Assembly: GCF_030684315.1 (NCBI RefSeq)
Contig: NC_081364.1
Coordinates: 55,452,152-55,516,151, forward strand
From: Stegostoma tigrinum
Lineage: Eukaryota
DNA: 64,000 nucleotides
Direction: 5' to 3'
Part shown: one piece after another, positions 13,624 through 23,740 of the stretch
Layout: each line of letters opens with the position of its first letter
Numbering within the stretch: the first letter of the stretch is position 1
Notes under the pieces: model-generated
What the model saw: the letters and a program-made list of their open reading frames with translations, nothing else
Database searches by the model: none
Told to the model about the DNA's origin: nothing
Made by a program: the position numbers and the translations under genes

Positions 13624-14524
13624 CTAAATATATAAACATTGAAAGAAATCTAGCAGAATCTCTCCACCATATTGCATAAATGGACTGTACAAATGTTTGT
13701 TATCCTCACCCAATATAAAATCTTGCAGTCTTAAATTGACAGGCTCTGAAGGGTTCTTTTTTAGGTCCTCATATCTGAATAATAAAAGACAGCCATAAGC
13801 CGGTGCTAAACACTTAACATCCAAATCTTTCATTTCCATTCTTAAGTGGAAGGGAACGGTAATCAATACTTTCCCAGAGATCAATTAGTCGAACAGGATT
13901 TCTGTTTATCGACACCCAGTGCATGCTTAATCCACACATACGCTTCCAATATTTTCTGTTATCTATCCGGCAGTGATCTACAACTGGATATCGTCACTTC
14001 TACAAATGTAAACCTACATCTAACAACTATTTATATAGAAGTATTTCTTTTTCAGCAGTCAGGGTGGGGTGGTAGCAGTGTTTTATGGACAAGGTGAATG
14101 CTGAGATTGAGCATTTTATATTAAAAATGGGTCATTTCTATGGATGGCAAAGTGTTTCACTCAGAGGGGCATTGCAAAAAATGAGCTAATAACACAAACC
14201 TCATCGCTGTCTCACAAATGAATATTGTAGCGATTTTAAAGAATACTTTACTCTTCCGTCTTTAAGTTCTATGTTTTGATTTATCTTTCTGCATTTTAAG
14301 ATGGCGCCAGAGCATGGCAACACTATATAACATGTTTCAAGGTATTCTGTAACAAAATACTTTGACAATAAATAAATCAAAGAATGCCCACTCTGTGGAA
14401 CTGCTTCCCTCATAGAAACTGGTTGCAATATCATAGTTAGATCTGCTTCCTATGCATTAGCTGACTAAACTTCCTTAGCTTTAATGCGTATTGTGCATGA
14501 AAACCATGTTCCAGGGAAAGACCA

Positions 14525-14686
14525 TCACATTTTCTTGGTGCTTTTGTAACAGGATATGCAGGAGAGCTTGGCCTGCTCCAGCTCAAAGGATTTTCCCAAC
14601 AGTGGCTGCTCACATTCCATGCAGCAGAAATGTTTCTTGTGCCATGTCAGTCCCCCGCTTTCTATGTAGTCTTCTGAGAAAATCAG
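14525..14686 (-). CDS. LMCD1: LMCD1 last coding exon (LIM2, LIFSEDYIESGGLTWHKKHFCCMECEQPLLGKSFELEQAKLSCISCYKSTKKM*)
   Basis: Inside ORF 14525..14710. tctctctattacag|CTG ATT TTC ... ATG TGA. Completes LIM2 (H-x2-H-x2-C-x2-C ... C-x2-C). Confidence 0.96.
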   Translation of the reverse strand: MIFSEDYIESGGLTWHKKHFCCMECEQPLLGKSFELEQAKLSCISCYKSTKKM

Positions 14687-15029
14687 CTGTAATAGAGAGA
14701 TCATGTTCAATACAGGATTTTATTTCCTCAAAGTAATTCTCATTCAGATCTCTGTCAGTCCCATTCCAGATACTTGTATAGCAATTGGGCCCATCACTTA
14801 AGTGGACTACATTCAAACATGCAACACACCAAAAGCACCCTGAGAAGCTTCTAGATTCTGGGCACAAATACTGGAGTACGACTTGAAGTCATGATCTTCT
14901 GACTCAGAATCAGACACAGATTACCAGCTCAGATAAACACATAATTCCATGACCAACAAATATAAAGAAAATGAAAAATGGTACCCATAATCCATTATCC
15001 CATTCCACAGATACACCCCACTGGGTTAT

Positions 15030-15320
15030 GATTAGATTAGATTCCCTACAATGTGGAAACAGGCCCTTCGGCCCAACAAGTCCACACTGCTCCATGCAGC
15101 ATCCCACCCAGGCCCATCACACTATAACCCACACACACCTGAACACTACGGGCAATTTAGCATGGCCAATCCACCTAGCCTGCACATCTTTGGACTGTGG
15201 GAGGAAACCGGAGCACCCAGAGGAAACCCACGCAGACATGGGGAGAATATGCAAACTCCACACAGATAGTCACCCAAAGCTGAAATTGAACCCGGGTCCC
15301 TGGCGCTGTGAGGCTGCAGC
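15030..15320 (-). mobile_element. HE1-type SINE, 5' end truncated
   Basis: (attag)n tail, then ggaaacaggcccttcggccc...ggccaatccacctagcctgcacatctttggactgtgggagg...tggcgctgtgaggc. Confidence 0.9.
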
Positions 15321-15660
15321 GGTGGACATTACAAGGTTGTTTCCGTTAGGCGGGGAGATGAGGGCCCGTGGACACAGCCTTAGAATTAGAGGGGGTCAAT
15401 TTAGAACAGAAACGAAGAGACATTTTCTTCAGCCAGAGAGTGATGGGCCTGTGGAATTCATTGCTATGGAGCGCAGTGGAGGCCGGGACATTAAATGTCT
15501 TCAAGGCAGAGATAAATAAATTCTTGATCTCACAAGGAATCAAGGGCTACGGGAAGAGTGCAGGGAAGTGGAGTTGAAATGTCCATCAGCCATGATTAAA
15601 TGGCAGAGTGGACTCGATGGGCTGAATGGCCTTACTTCCACTCCTATGTCTTCTGGTCTT
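15321..15660 (+). mobile_element. CR1-type LINE 3' fragment
   Basis: RGHSLRIRGGQFRTE..R.FFSQRV.GLWNSL motif and 3' UTR ...gctgaatggccttacttccactcctatgtctt. Confidence 0.9.
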
Positions 15661-16334
15661 AAAACATTGGCATCTAATAATGATCTCTGAAGATCACAAG
15701 GGGTCCTTTATAAATGAGAAATTTTATGCCAGACTGTAAATAGTAACTACAAATCACCCCACACTCAAGGCCATAAGGAGCAATGAAGTTGTGGGTCCTA
15801 TGGACTTCCTATCCTTATGTAAAAGGATTGCATGTGTAATAACGCCCCAATATGAGGTACAAGATGCATGTTCAAAGCAAATAAACAGAGTGTTACGTTG
15901 ACATCCCTACAACATACAAATTTAATCGAAATGCAACATCCTCCCCATTGTACGATATAAATGACGCATTAAAGATTGAGAATTTAATGAATTTAACATG
16001 ACAGCATATGGTCAATGGCCATTTAAACAAAATGTAGACTGCAACAGATTTTTCATTTTCAATCTTCACATTAAGGGTAGCAATGTCTTTTAAGTATATA
16101 AATAATTGTATTACTTTACATGATTATTATTTGGCAATCTCTTTATTATCTTAAACAATTTTTAATCAAATGATTGTCTATAACAATGTAAATAATTATA
16201 ATTAATTATTTTATTTCTATTATAATCACAACTTGGCATCTGCCATTATAATGATTTTTCAGTGAAGCAATTATCCATTTATCAATGTCGATCAGGCAGT
16301 GTGTTGAGCAAATAGAGTGGGGGAAAAAATTTCA

Positions 16335-17660
16335 ATAAAATGTGGAGCTGGAGGAGCACAGCAGGCCAGACAGCATCTGAGGAGCAGGAAAGTTGACAAT
16401 TTGGGTTGGGGTCCTTCATCAGGACAGTGGTGGGGGGGAAAGCTCAGAAATAAATAGAGAAAGGGGGTGTGGCTAGGGGAAGGTAGCTAGGATGGTGATA
16501 GGTGGATTCAGGTAGGGGGTAGTAGAGATTGGTGAATGAGAAGGTTGGGGCAGATAAGTGAGAAGGGAGATGGCCATGTTGTGTCAGGTCAGAGAGGGAG
16601 GGCTGGACATGAGTTGAGACTTGGGTTGGGGAGACTTCGAAGCTGGTGAACCCTATGGTGAGGCTATAAGCTCCTGAGGTGGAATATACAGTGTTGTTCC
16701 TCCAATTTACATGCGAGGGTGGAGAAGGCCCAGGATGGGCATGTTCAGGGAATAGGAAGAGGAGTTGAAATGGCTGGCAACCGGAAGGCAATGCTGATTG
16801 CAACATACGGGGTGCAGATGCTCCATGAGTCGGTCACCAAGTCTGCTCTTGATCTATCCGATATAGAGGAGACCACATTGGGAGCAACAGATGCAATAGA
16901 CTAGGTTGGAATGGATACAGGTGGATCTCTGTCGGATAGGGAATGGCTGTTTGGGGTCTTGGACAGAGGTGAGAAGGAAGGTGCAGGGGCAGTTTTAGCA
17001 CTGCCTGCAGGGAAAGGTGCAGGGTGTGGTTGTTAGGGAGTGTGGAACAGACAAGGGAGTCATAGAGTAGACGATCCCTACAGAAAGCAGATAGAATCAA
17101 AGAAGCCCCACAGTGTGGAAACAGGCTCTTTGGCCCAACACGTCCATACCGACACTTGAAGCATCCCACCCAGACCAGTCCCCCCATAACCCACCTAATC
17201 TACACATCCCTGAACACCACGGGCAATTTAGCATGGCCAATCCACCTAGCCTGCACATCTTTGGACTGTGGGAGGAAACCGGTACACCCGGAGAAAGCCC
17301 ACGCAGACACGGGGAGAATGTGCAAACTCCATACAGACAGTCGCTCGAGTGTGGAATCAATCTGGGTCCCTAGTGCTGTGAGGCAGCAGTGCTAACCACT
17401 GAGCCACCGTGCCGCATGATAGAGGTAGGGAAGGAAACATCTTTTTGGTGGTGGGGTCTGACTGCAGGTGGTGAAAATGGCACAGGCTGCCATGGGTGGG
17501 GGAGGGGGGGTTGTGGGGGTGGGGGGAGGGTCTGAGGGCAGAAATGCGGGAAGTGCAGGAGATGCAGTGAGGGCACTATCGATTATGGGAGTGGAGGAAT
17601 TACGGTCCTTGAAGTCCGAGGACATTTGGGATGTCCAGGAGTGGAATGCTTCATGGACCA
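16335..17660 (-). mobile_element. Penelope-like element fragment including degenerate GIY-YIG endonuclease, interrupted by a SINE
   Basis: Minus translation at ~16815-16908 reads NLVYCICCSQCGLLYIG*IKSRLGDRLMEHL (GIY-YIG pattern). The left end carries the pLTR/hammerhead-like segment (ccttcatcag). Confidence 0.8.
17096..17417 (-). mobile_element. Full-length HE1-type SINE with GATAGA target duplication
   Basis: Minus strand starts GCGGCACGGTGGCTCAGTGGTTAGCACTGCTGCCTCACAGC (A box). GATAGA at 17090-17095 and 17418-17423. Confidence 0.92.
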
Positions 17661-18081
17661 GGGGAACTACAATTCTTTGCTTTGCTCGTGGATTTATACA
17701 TCTCTGTCCAGCTTATAGTTTCTCCAAGTCTATTGGAAGTGCAGAAACATTGTGGAGCTGTAGCACAGTAATTTTATTTATGACTGGCTGTACTGTTGCA
17801 GCAGGAGCTCCAAGTGTAGGTAGCTGTCCTGTACATCGCCTTATTTTGCAAAATCCTGAGGAGCAGAATAAAGTTTACAGGAGACAATAACTGTTTCATT
17901 TGGACCCATCCAAAATAGTATCCCTACAGCAGTTGCAGCAGTCCACTTGTACAGTTTCATTTGCAGCAATAAACAAACATGAAAGAATATGTTGTGTGAC
18001 CAAATCTTTTCTTGGCAGGGGCATAGGAAAGTGATGCGCTTATGCCTTTCTAAATGCCACAGGCTTGCAAGACATCAAATA

Positions 18082-18216
18082 AAAACCAAAAGAACTGTGG
18101 ATGCTGTAAATCAGGAACAAAACCTGGAGTTTCTGGAAAAGCTCAGCAGTTCTTGGCAGCATCTGTGAAGAAAATAAATCAGAGTTAGCGTTTTGGGTCC
18201 GGTGACTCTTTCTCAC
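18082..18216 (-). mobile_element. Penelope-like 3' end (older subfamily) immediately downstream of the exon 5 donor
   Basis: agaactgtggatgctg...ctggaaaagctcagcag...gcagcatctgtg...agagttagcgttttgggtcc...gactctttctcac. Confidence 0.65.
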
Positions 18217-18241
18217 AATTGCCAATTGCAAAAAACCCTAC

Positions 18242-18457
18242 CTCATCACAGGCAGCACAGCGGTACTTCTCACTCTCACAGAAATGGCGACCACACAGGA
18301 GCTTGCCACACTTCCAGAAGTAGATAAGATCCACCAGGGGTTCTCTGCACCAGGTACACAAGAAGCATGCTGGGTGCCAAAGCCTGTCATACCCTGCTCG
18401 TTCCCCATACACCACGGGGCTCTCACTGCTGACTGGCTGCTTGCAAAGCTCACAATG
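18242..18457 (-). CDS. LMCD1: LMCD1 coding exon 5 (LIM1 and start of LIM2, HCELCKQ...[46 protein letters not shown])
   Basis: Inside ORF 18185..18637. tttgtttcag|CAT ... GAT GAG|gtaggg. 216 nt, phase 0-0. Complete LIM zinc-ligand spacing. Confidence 0.97.
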
Positions 18458-19404
18458 CTGAAACAAAGTACAGAAACCCAACTCATGAGTCACACAGCAA
18501 TAATAACTTAAATTAACACTTCCATCAACAGAGTTTAATAGCGAGGTATGAAAATGCCCTCGGCAAATCCTCAACGAAGTTCCCAACCACAGGAAGAAAG
18601 ACAGGATAGGAATCTTAATTGTGCCAGAGTCATACATCAGCTTCCTGACAGTGAGATCAAAGTTGGGTATTAAGTTCTCAGAACTTCAAAGGTTCAGTTT
18701 CCCAACAGCAAGCATGGGAAATGTTTTTGCAGGCATTTGGATATCACGCATGCTCAATGAAAGACCCATTCACCAGAATTAAGCTATCCTTCAAAATTAA
18801 GTTCTCTGTAAGTAATCAGTCCATGCCTTCTGATTCTTGGCTGCATATATGCAGTGTACCATCGGTGAGGTACTGTAACTGTTGGACTCTGAAGTGAGTA
18901 GCCATTGCTTTGTTCTTTGTGTGATGTGTATCTCAAAGGGGTGTTGATTGAGATCAGATATGGGCAATCAAAGGCAATTAGAGCATGGGGGCAGGCTAAG
19001 GGAAGCAGACTGAGGATGACAGGCATAGTGCCCAAGGGACATAGGGTGATCTCATTAAAAATGTGGTGTTCCTGTGGCTGGGCAAAGGAAGGACCTTCTT
19101 GACAGCGGAGGTGGTGGAGAACTGGTCCTAAAGAGTAGGGTAGGTGGTGTTCCCAGTGGGGTCCTTAGGATTAAATTGTGGATGATAGGAAGTGGTAAAG
19201 TAAGAATCATGTGGGCACCATCTGGACTATGCTAAGCAGCAGCTTAGGATGGATGATACTGCAGTGAATGCGATCTGACAGATTGACATATACATTCCCA
19301 GGCTACAACTCCATAAATAATGCCCAACATTCAATCCTATACATGGCAAGATACTCAGAGATGCTACTGCTATTGCACTGGACTTAATAAATGGTGCATC
19401 CACA

Positions 19405-20148
19405 GACCTTTACTCTATTATGCTAGGCATGGGCATAGTGTGTCAAGGCAAGAGAGGGATGAGGCTTCTAGATATCCCTCAGGTGCCCTTTTCTTGATGG
19501 GGTTCAAAGTTGGAAGAGACACATCAACAATGGAAGTTTTATTCCACCATACATGAAAGGTTCCCTGCCTCTCTAATTCCCCTCTTCCAGTGCCCCTAAC
19601 TGAGAGGGAATGGAATGCAATGACTGAAAGGCACAATAATATTGTAAAAGCTAGCCACATTATAAGAGGCAATATACTTGAATGCATTGTGATTAAACAT
19701 ATAGTTTCAAATGAAGTTTATATACATGTTCAGATGGCCTGTGCCACCATTGTGCTTTTATAATGTCTGAAGTTTTCTTTTCCCACCATTACACCCAGGT
19801 CATTTCTCAACATTCATAGCTGAGGTGAAGGCAAGTACTGACTGCTGTATCCTGTTAACCCAGATGACGTGAGCTGGTGTTCTCCGGTGAGCTGGGAGTT
19901 ACAGGGATCCAAGCCTGTTGATGCGTCTACTTTGGCCTAACCTGTGGGAGGCACTAGGGGCACTGGAAGAGGGGAATTAGAGAGGCAGGGAACCTTTCAT
20001 GTATGGTGGAATAAAACTTCCATTGTTGATGTGTCTCTTCCAACTTTGAACCCCATCAAGAAAAGGGCACCTGAGGGATATCTAGAAGCCTCATCCCTCT
20101 CTTGCCTTGACACACTATGCTCATGCCTAGCATAATAGAGTAAAGGTC
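19405..20148. repeat. 194-bp near-perfect inverted repeat (arms 19405-19598 and 19955-20148, 356-bp spacer)
   Basis: The arms are reverse complements with one mismatch by eye. The ORF track shows the same peptide on both strands (19418..19687- and 19944..20135+). Confidence 0.97.
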
Positions 20149-21648
20149 CAACTGCATATGCAGCAGCCGCTGTGTGTCTCTAAGGCGTTCTCTCCAAGAC
20201 CACCAAGTGCTCACATGTGATCTGTGGAACCTATGCTTGACGTTCTTCTGCTTGACTCTACATCTCTAACAAGTCCCTTACTGACACGTCTACAGGCATA
20301 GAATTTCTCCATCTTTAGCTTTGGGTTCAGCAGGAGCCTGTCTCCTCAGTTGTCACACCTTCCATCTCGCCTAATGCAAGGGGTAAATTTAAAATTAACT
20401 CCTGAACCATTGGTCAACTGAAACCCAAAGAGCTCTGAGTATGACGGTCAAGCTCACCGACCTGAATAGTAGTGATCTTCCCTGAAATATGTCTATCAAT
20501 ACCAATTTGGTGCAATATAGGGCTATTTCAAGAGGAAGTGCTTGTCCAGGCTGACTCTGACTTTGTTTACACTCTGGGGTGAAATTCCCAAAACCCACAG
20601 GATGTAGGCAGATACCAAATGTGGACCTATCCTCATGATTATGGAAAGTCTATGCAGGTGATCAATACCAATTTGGCAACATTCCCTGTGTGGGCAAACG
20701 GGGCCCAGCCAATAAATGGCAGTTGTGTGTTTGACTGAAGCATGTGTTTGCATTCTTCAGGGTTAAAGCATTAGAAAAATATACCCCCTTCAGGAATAAA
20801 TTAGTTAAAGCTTTACTCTATTAATTTACAACTACAGCAATGAAACTCAAACTGATTCCCTTTTCACATTTCCCAAACTGAGAGTGGCATATTGTTTTAT
20901 CTGTCTCGATTGTGAACAATGGAGTTTGTGAATCTCTGCTGCCCCACAGTCTATACTTCTTTTGTACATTTTACCTTTCACTCAGTTGCAGACAGCCGTG
21001 TTAATTACTCAAAGGTTAACAAAAAAGTGTTGGTTTTCCTAGCACTGCTTCTGTTGCAACCGTCATCAAGGGAGATGAGATTTACTTTATAAATGATTTA
21101 GATCTACAGGTGGCTTTCAGCTGCCTATGTGTTCCTCACTGTTTGCTGCCTGGATTTAGCTGTCTGTCAAAATGGCCACTGACTAGTGACAAAGGGAAGA
21201 CGCCAAAGGTGCAGGAGGGAGATGAGGAGAGAGCGAGAGACCAGGTGAAAATGAAAAACAGGTAAAACAGAGAACTGAAAAGTGGTGAAATACATGAATA
21301 GTTTAACTACTTTGGCTGTGAGAGAACTGTAGGGAAGCACGCAGAAAATTCCCAGCTCTTTAGCTAATATTACAAAGAGACAGTCAATGCTCACTGTAGG
21401 GCTGGACAGGGTTGAATATTGGACCTGTCTCAGCGAGAGGAGGGGCAGCACTAAAAAGATGAGAGACAAAAGTAGAATTAACTGGGCCAACAAATTTAGT
21501 AGGTCTGCACTTTGTGATGTTTCTCTGATAGTCTGTGGAATCAGGCATTCCAACCAAGAAACACAAGTGTTAAGATAAAAAGATTGTGAAAGGAGAATGG
21601 GGAGAAAGAAAGTGTCTTCAATACCTCACTTAATACTCTTTTTGTAAA

Positions 21649-21995
21649 GGGGAGGCAATGGTCTAGTGGTATTATCACTGGAGCATTAAATTAGAGACTC
21701 CGATAATGTCCTGGGGACCTGAGTTCATGTCTCACCACAGCATGTGGCAGAATGTGAACTCAATGGGTCGGGGGGCGGGGGGAGGGGGGGGGGGGGTGGA
21801 ATCTGGATTAAGAGTCTAATGATGACCATGAATTGACAGTCAGGGAAAATCCTTAAGGGAAGGCCAAGCCTACATCTGACTTCAGACCCACAGCAATGTG
21901 GGTGACACTTAAATTGCCCCCTGGGCAATTAGCGATGGGTAATAATAAATGCTAGCCTAGGCAGAAACACCCTCATACGAGGAATGAATAGAGGG
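21649..21995 (+). mobile_element. tRNA-derived SINE family B (3' end shared with LINE family B)
   Basis: gggaggcaatggtctagtggtattatcactgg (A-box-like)...gatggg..aataaatgct...gaatgaata. Similar to 41290 and 57934. Confidence 0.75.
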
Positions 21996-23284
21996 AAACA
22001 CAAAACAGGCATCAAATACTACTTGGTAAAGAGAAAACTGTTCCCCGCTACACATAAATATTACTACCAAAACGATAAAACCTTTCATCTATATTTTCTT
22101 TAACACCCCTCAGATACAATCAGTAATGAATGATTTCAACACCTCGAACATTAATGTATGTTCAGAATTGTATTAATGCTATAAAGTGGCAATAAAGCAG
22201 TCAAGAGATGGAAGAATCTTTGACTCAAAAGTATTATAAATGCATTTTCCCCACGGCCACTCCCACACTTTCCCTTGCACACAAACAAAAAAGCTTTCAG
22301 CGTGATCAAACTCATTAATCAAATCAAGACAGATCATTTCAATTTTCCAACTGTCCTGTTTGCACAGGCTCCACTGATTAAAAAAATGCATCAATTTCAG
22401 AAAGTGGCAACAGTTGGTATCCATTGAACTAGATCAAAGAGACAGAAACATCAAATGCCATTAACATATGGTGTTAATATTTAATTTTCAACGAACATGT
22501 GGTGTAACATCTGATATCAGGAGGATTTTAACAAGACAACATTCATAAGAAAATTAAACTGTCAGCGTCTCTTCCACCAGTAGGTGTACAATGCTCCAGT
22601 TACTCAGTAGGGCATGGTTACCATAAAGGAATCAACAATAGCTATCTTAACAGTGTTGAGGGCCTGACAATTTGTGGGTCCTGAGAACATTATTTCAGTC
22701 AGCGAAAAACACCAGGCACGATTATATCAGCTTTTCAGATGAGCAGCACCCTGTATGTTAGACTGTAGGATTCCTACTACTAAGGTAACCACAGTGTGAT
22801 AAGAGCTACAAGGAAACTCCTAGCTATGATACATCCAGCATCATTGGCCATCACAATCCCTTAAATAGCAAATGTGTACACAGCATCATGGTAATGATAC
22901 ATAATTGCTGTCCTTGTACAATCGTCATGCAATTCAGAAACAGACATCAGGCAAGATTGAGGAGTAAAATAATTAGATTAAATGTAGGACAGCAGAGGCT
23001 TATAACCGAAAGAGGTCATTGAGCCTATGCCTTTTCTTTGCTTGAACTCCCCCAATCTAACTGCCCCATTCTACCGCCTCCGTATCTTTCTTGCCTCCAA
23101 TGTTTATCTCAAAAGAATAAATCAGAGGTTGTCACAAAGGAATACATCAAGAACTTACGGTTTAGAATTCAGTAAAATGCTGCCCGACAAGGCCTTGAAA
23201 CTGAATTGCTGACCGCAGTGACAACAATATTCATCTTCAGATCATCTTAAGACACATATCAGAAGATATTTATGTACATATTTC

Positions 23285-23740
23285 CTTTTTTCTTGCATGG
23301 GTGCCACGTGTTGCTGGCTGGGCAAGCATTTATTGCACATCCCTAACTGCCTGGAAAGTTCTGAAGAAGGGTCACAGGACCTGAAATGTTAACTCTTGAC
23401 TTTTTTCTTCACAGCTGCTGCCAGACCTGCTGCGCTTTTCCAGCAACTTCTGTTTTTTGTTCCTAATTGCCCCATGATCTTTGTGGCTAGCTAGGACCAT
23501 TTCAATTAACCACATTGGTTTGGGCTAGGAATCACAAGGAGACCAGACCAGCTAAGGTTGGCTGATTTTCTTCCTGAATCGGCATTAGTGAACCAGCTGG
23601 ATATTTACGACAATTGCATTAGGCCAGATTTATTTGAAAAATTGGATTTGAATATCTGCCTTGGCTGGATTTGAACCCATGCCACCAAAGGATTAGCTTG
23701 GGTTTCACGAGCACAGTGGCAATACCATTGTGCCACTGCA
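23285..23740 (-). mobile_element. SINE family B (degenerate) containing a Penelope end
   Basis: gcatttattgcacatccctaactgcc...gaatcac...ccagaccag...agtgaaccag...ggatttgaaccc. Confidence 0.6.
23356..23461 (+). mobile_element. Penelope-like 3' end with hammerhead-like core (4-bp stem I)
   Basis: AGTT-CTGAAGA-A-GGGTC-ACAG-GACCT-GAAATGTT-AACT. Flanked by cctaactgcc/cctaattgcc duplication. Confidence 0.7.

Noticed and set aside
14971-15519. 182-aa ORF
   Set aside because: Chance read-through of an antisense HE1 SINE fused to a CR1 fragment.
17340-17417. tRNA gene (A/B-box-like sequence), also at other SINE heads
   Set aside because: These are tRNA-derived SINE heads continuing into SINE bodies, with no complete cloverleaf.
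19260-19400. Harbinger transposase trace (GYNSIN-like hexapeptide) next to the inverted repeat
   Set aside because: The match is too short and the surrounding frame does not extend, so it cannot be supported without a search.
19418-20135. Duplicated small protein gene on both strands
   Set aside because: The identical peptides simply reflect the inverted repeat. No splice or homology support.
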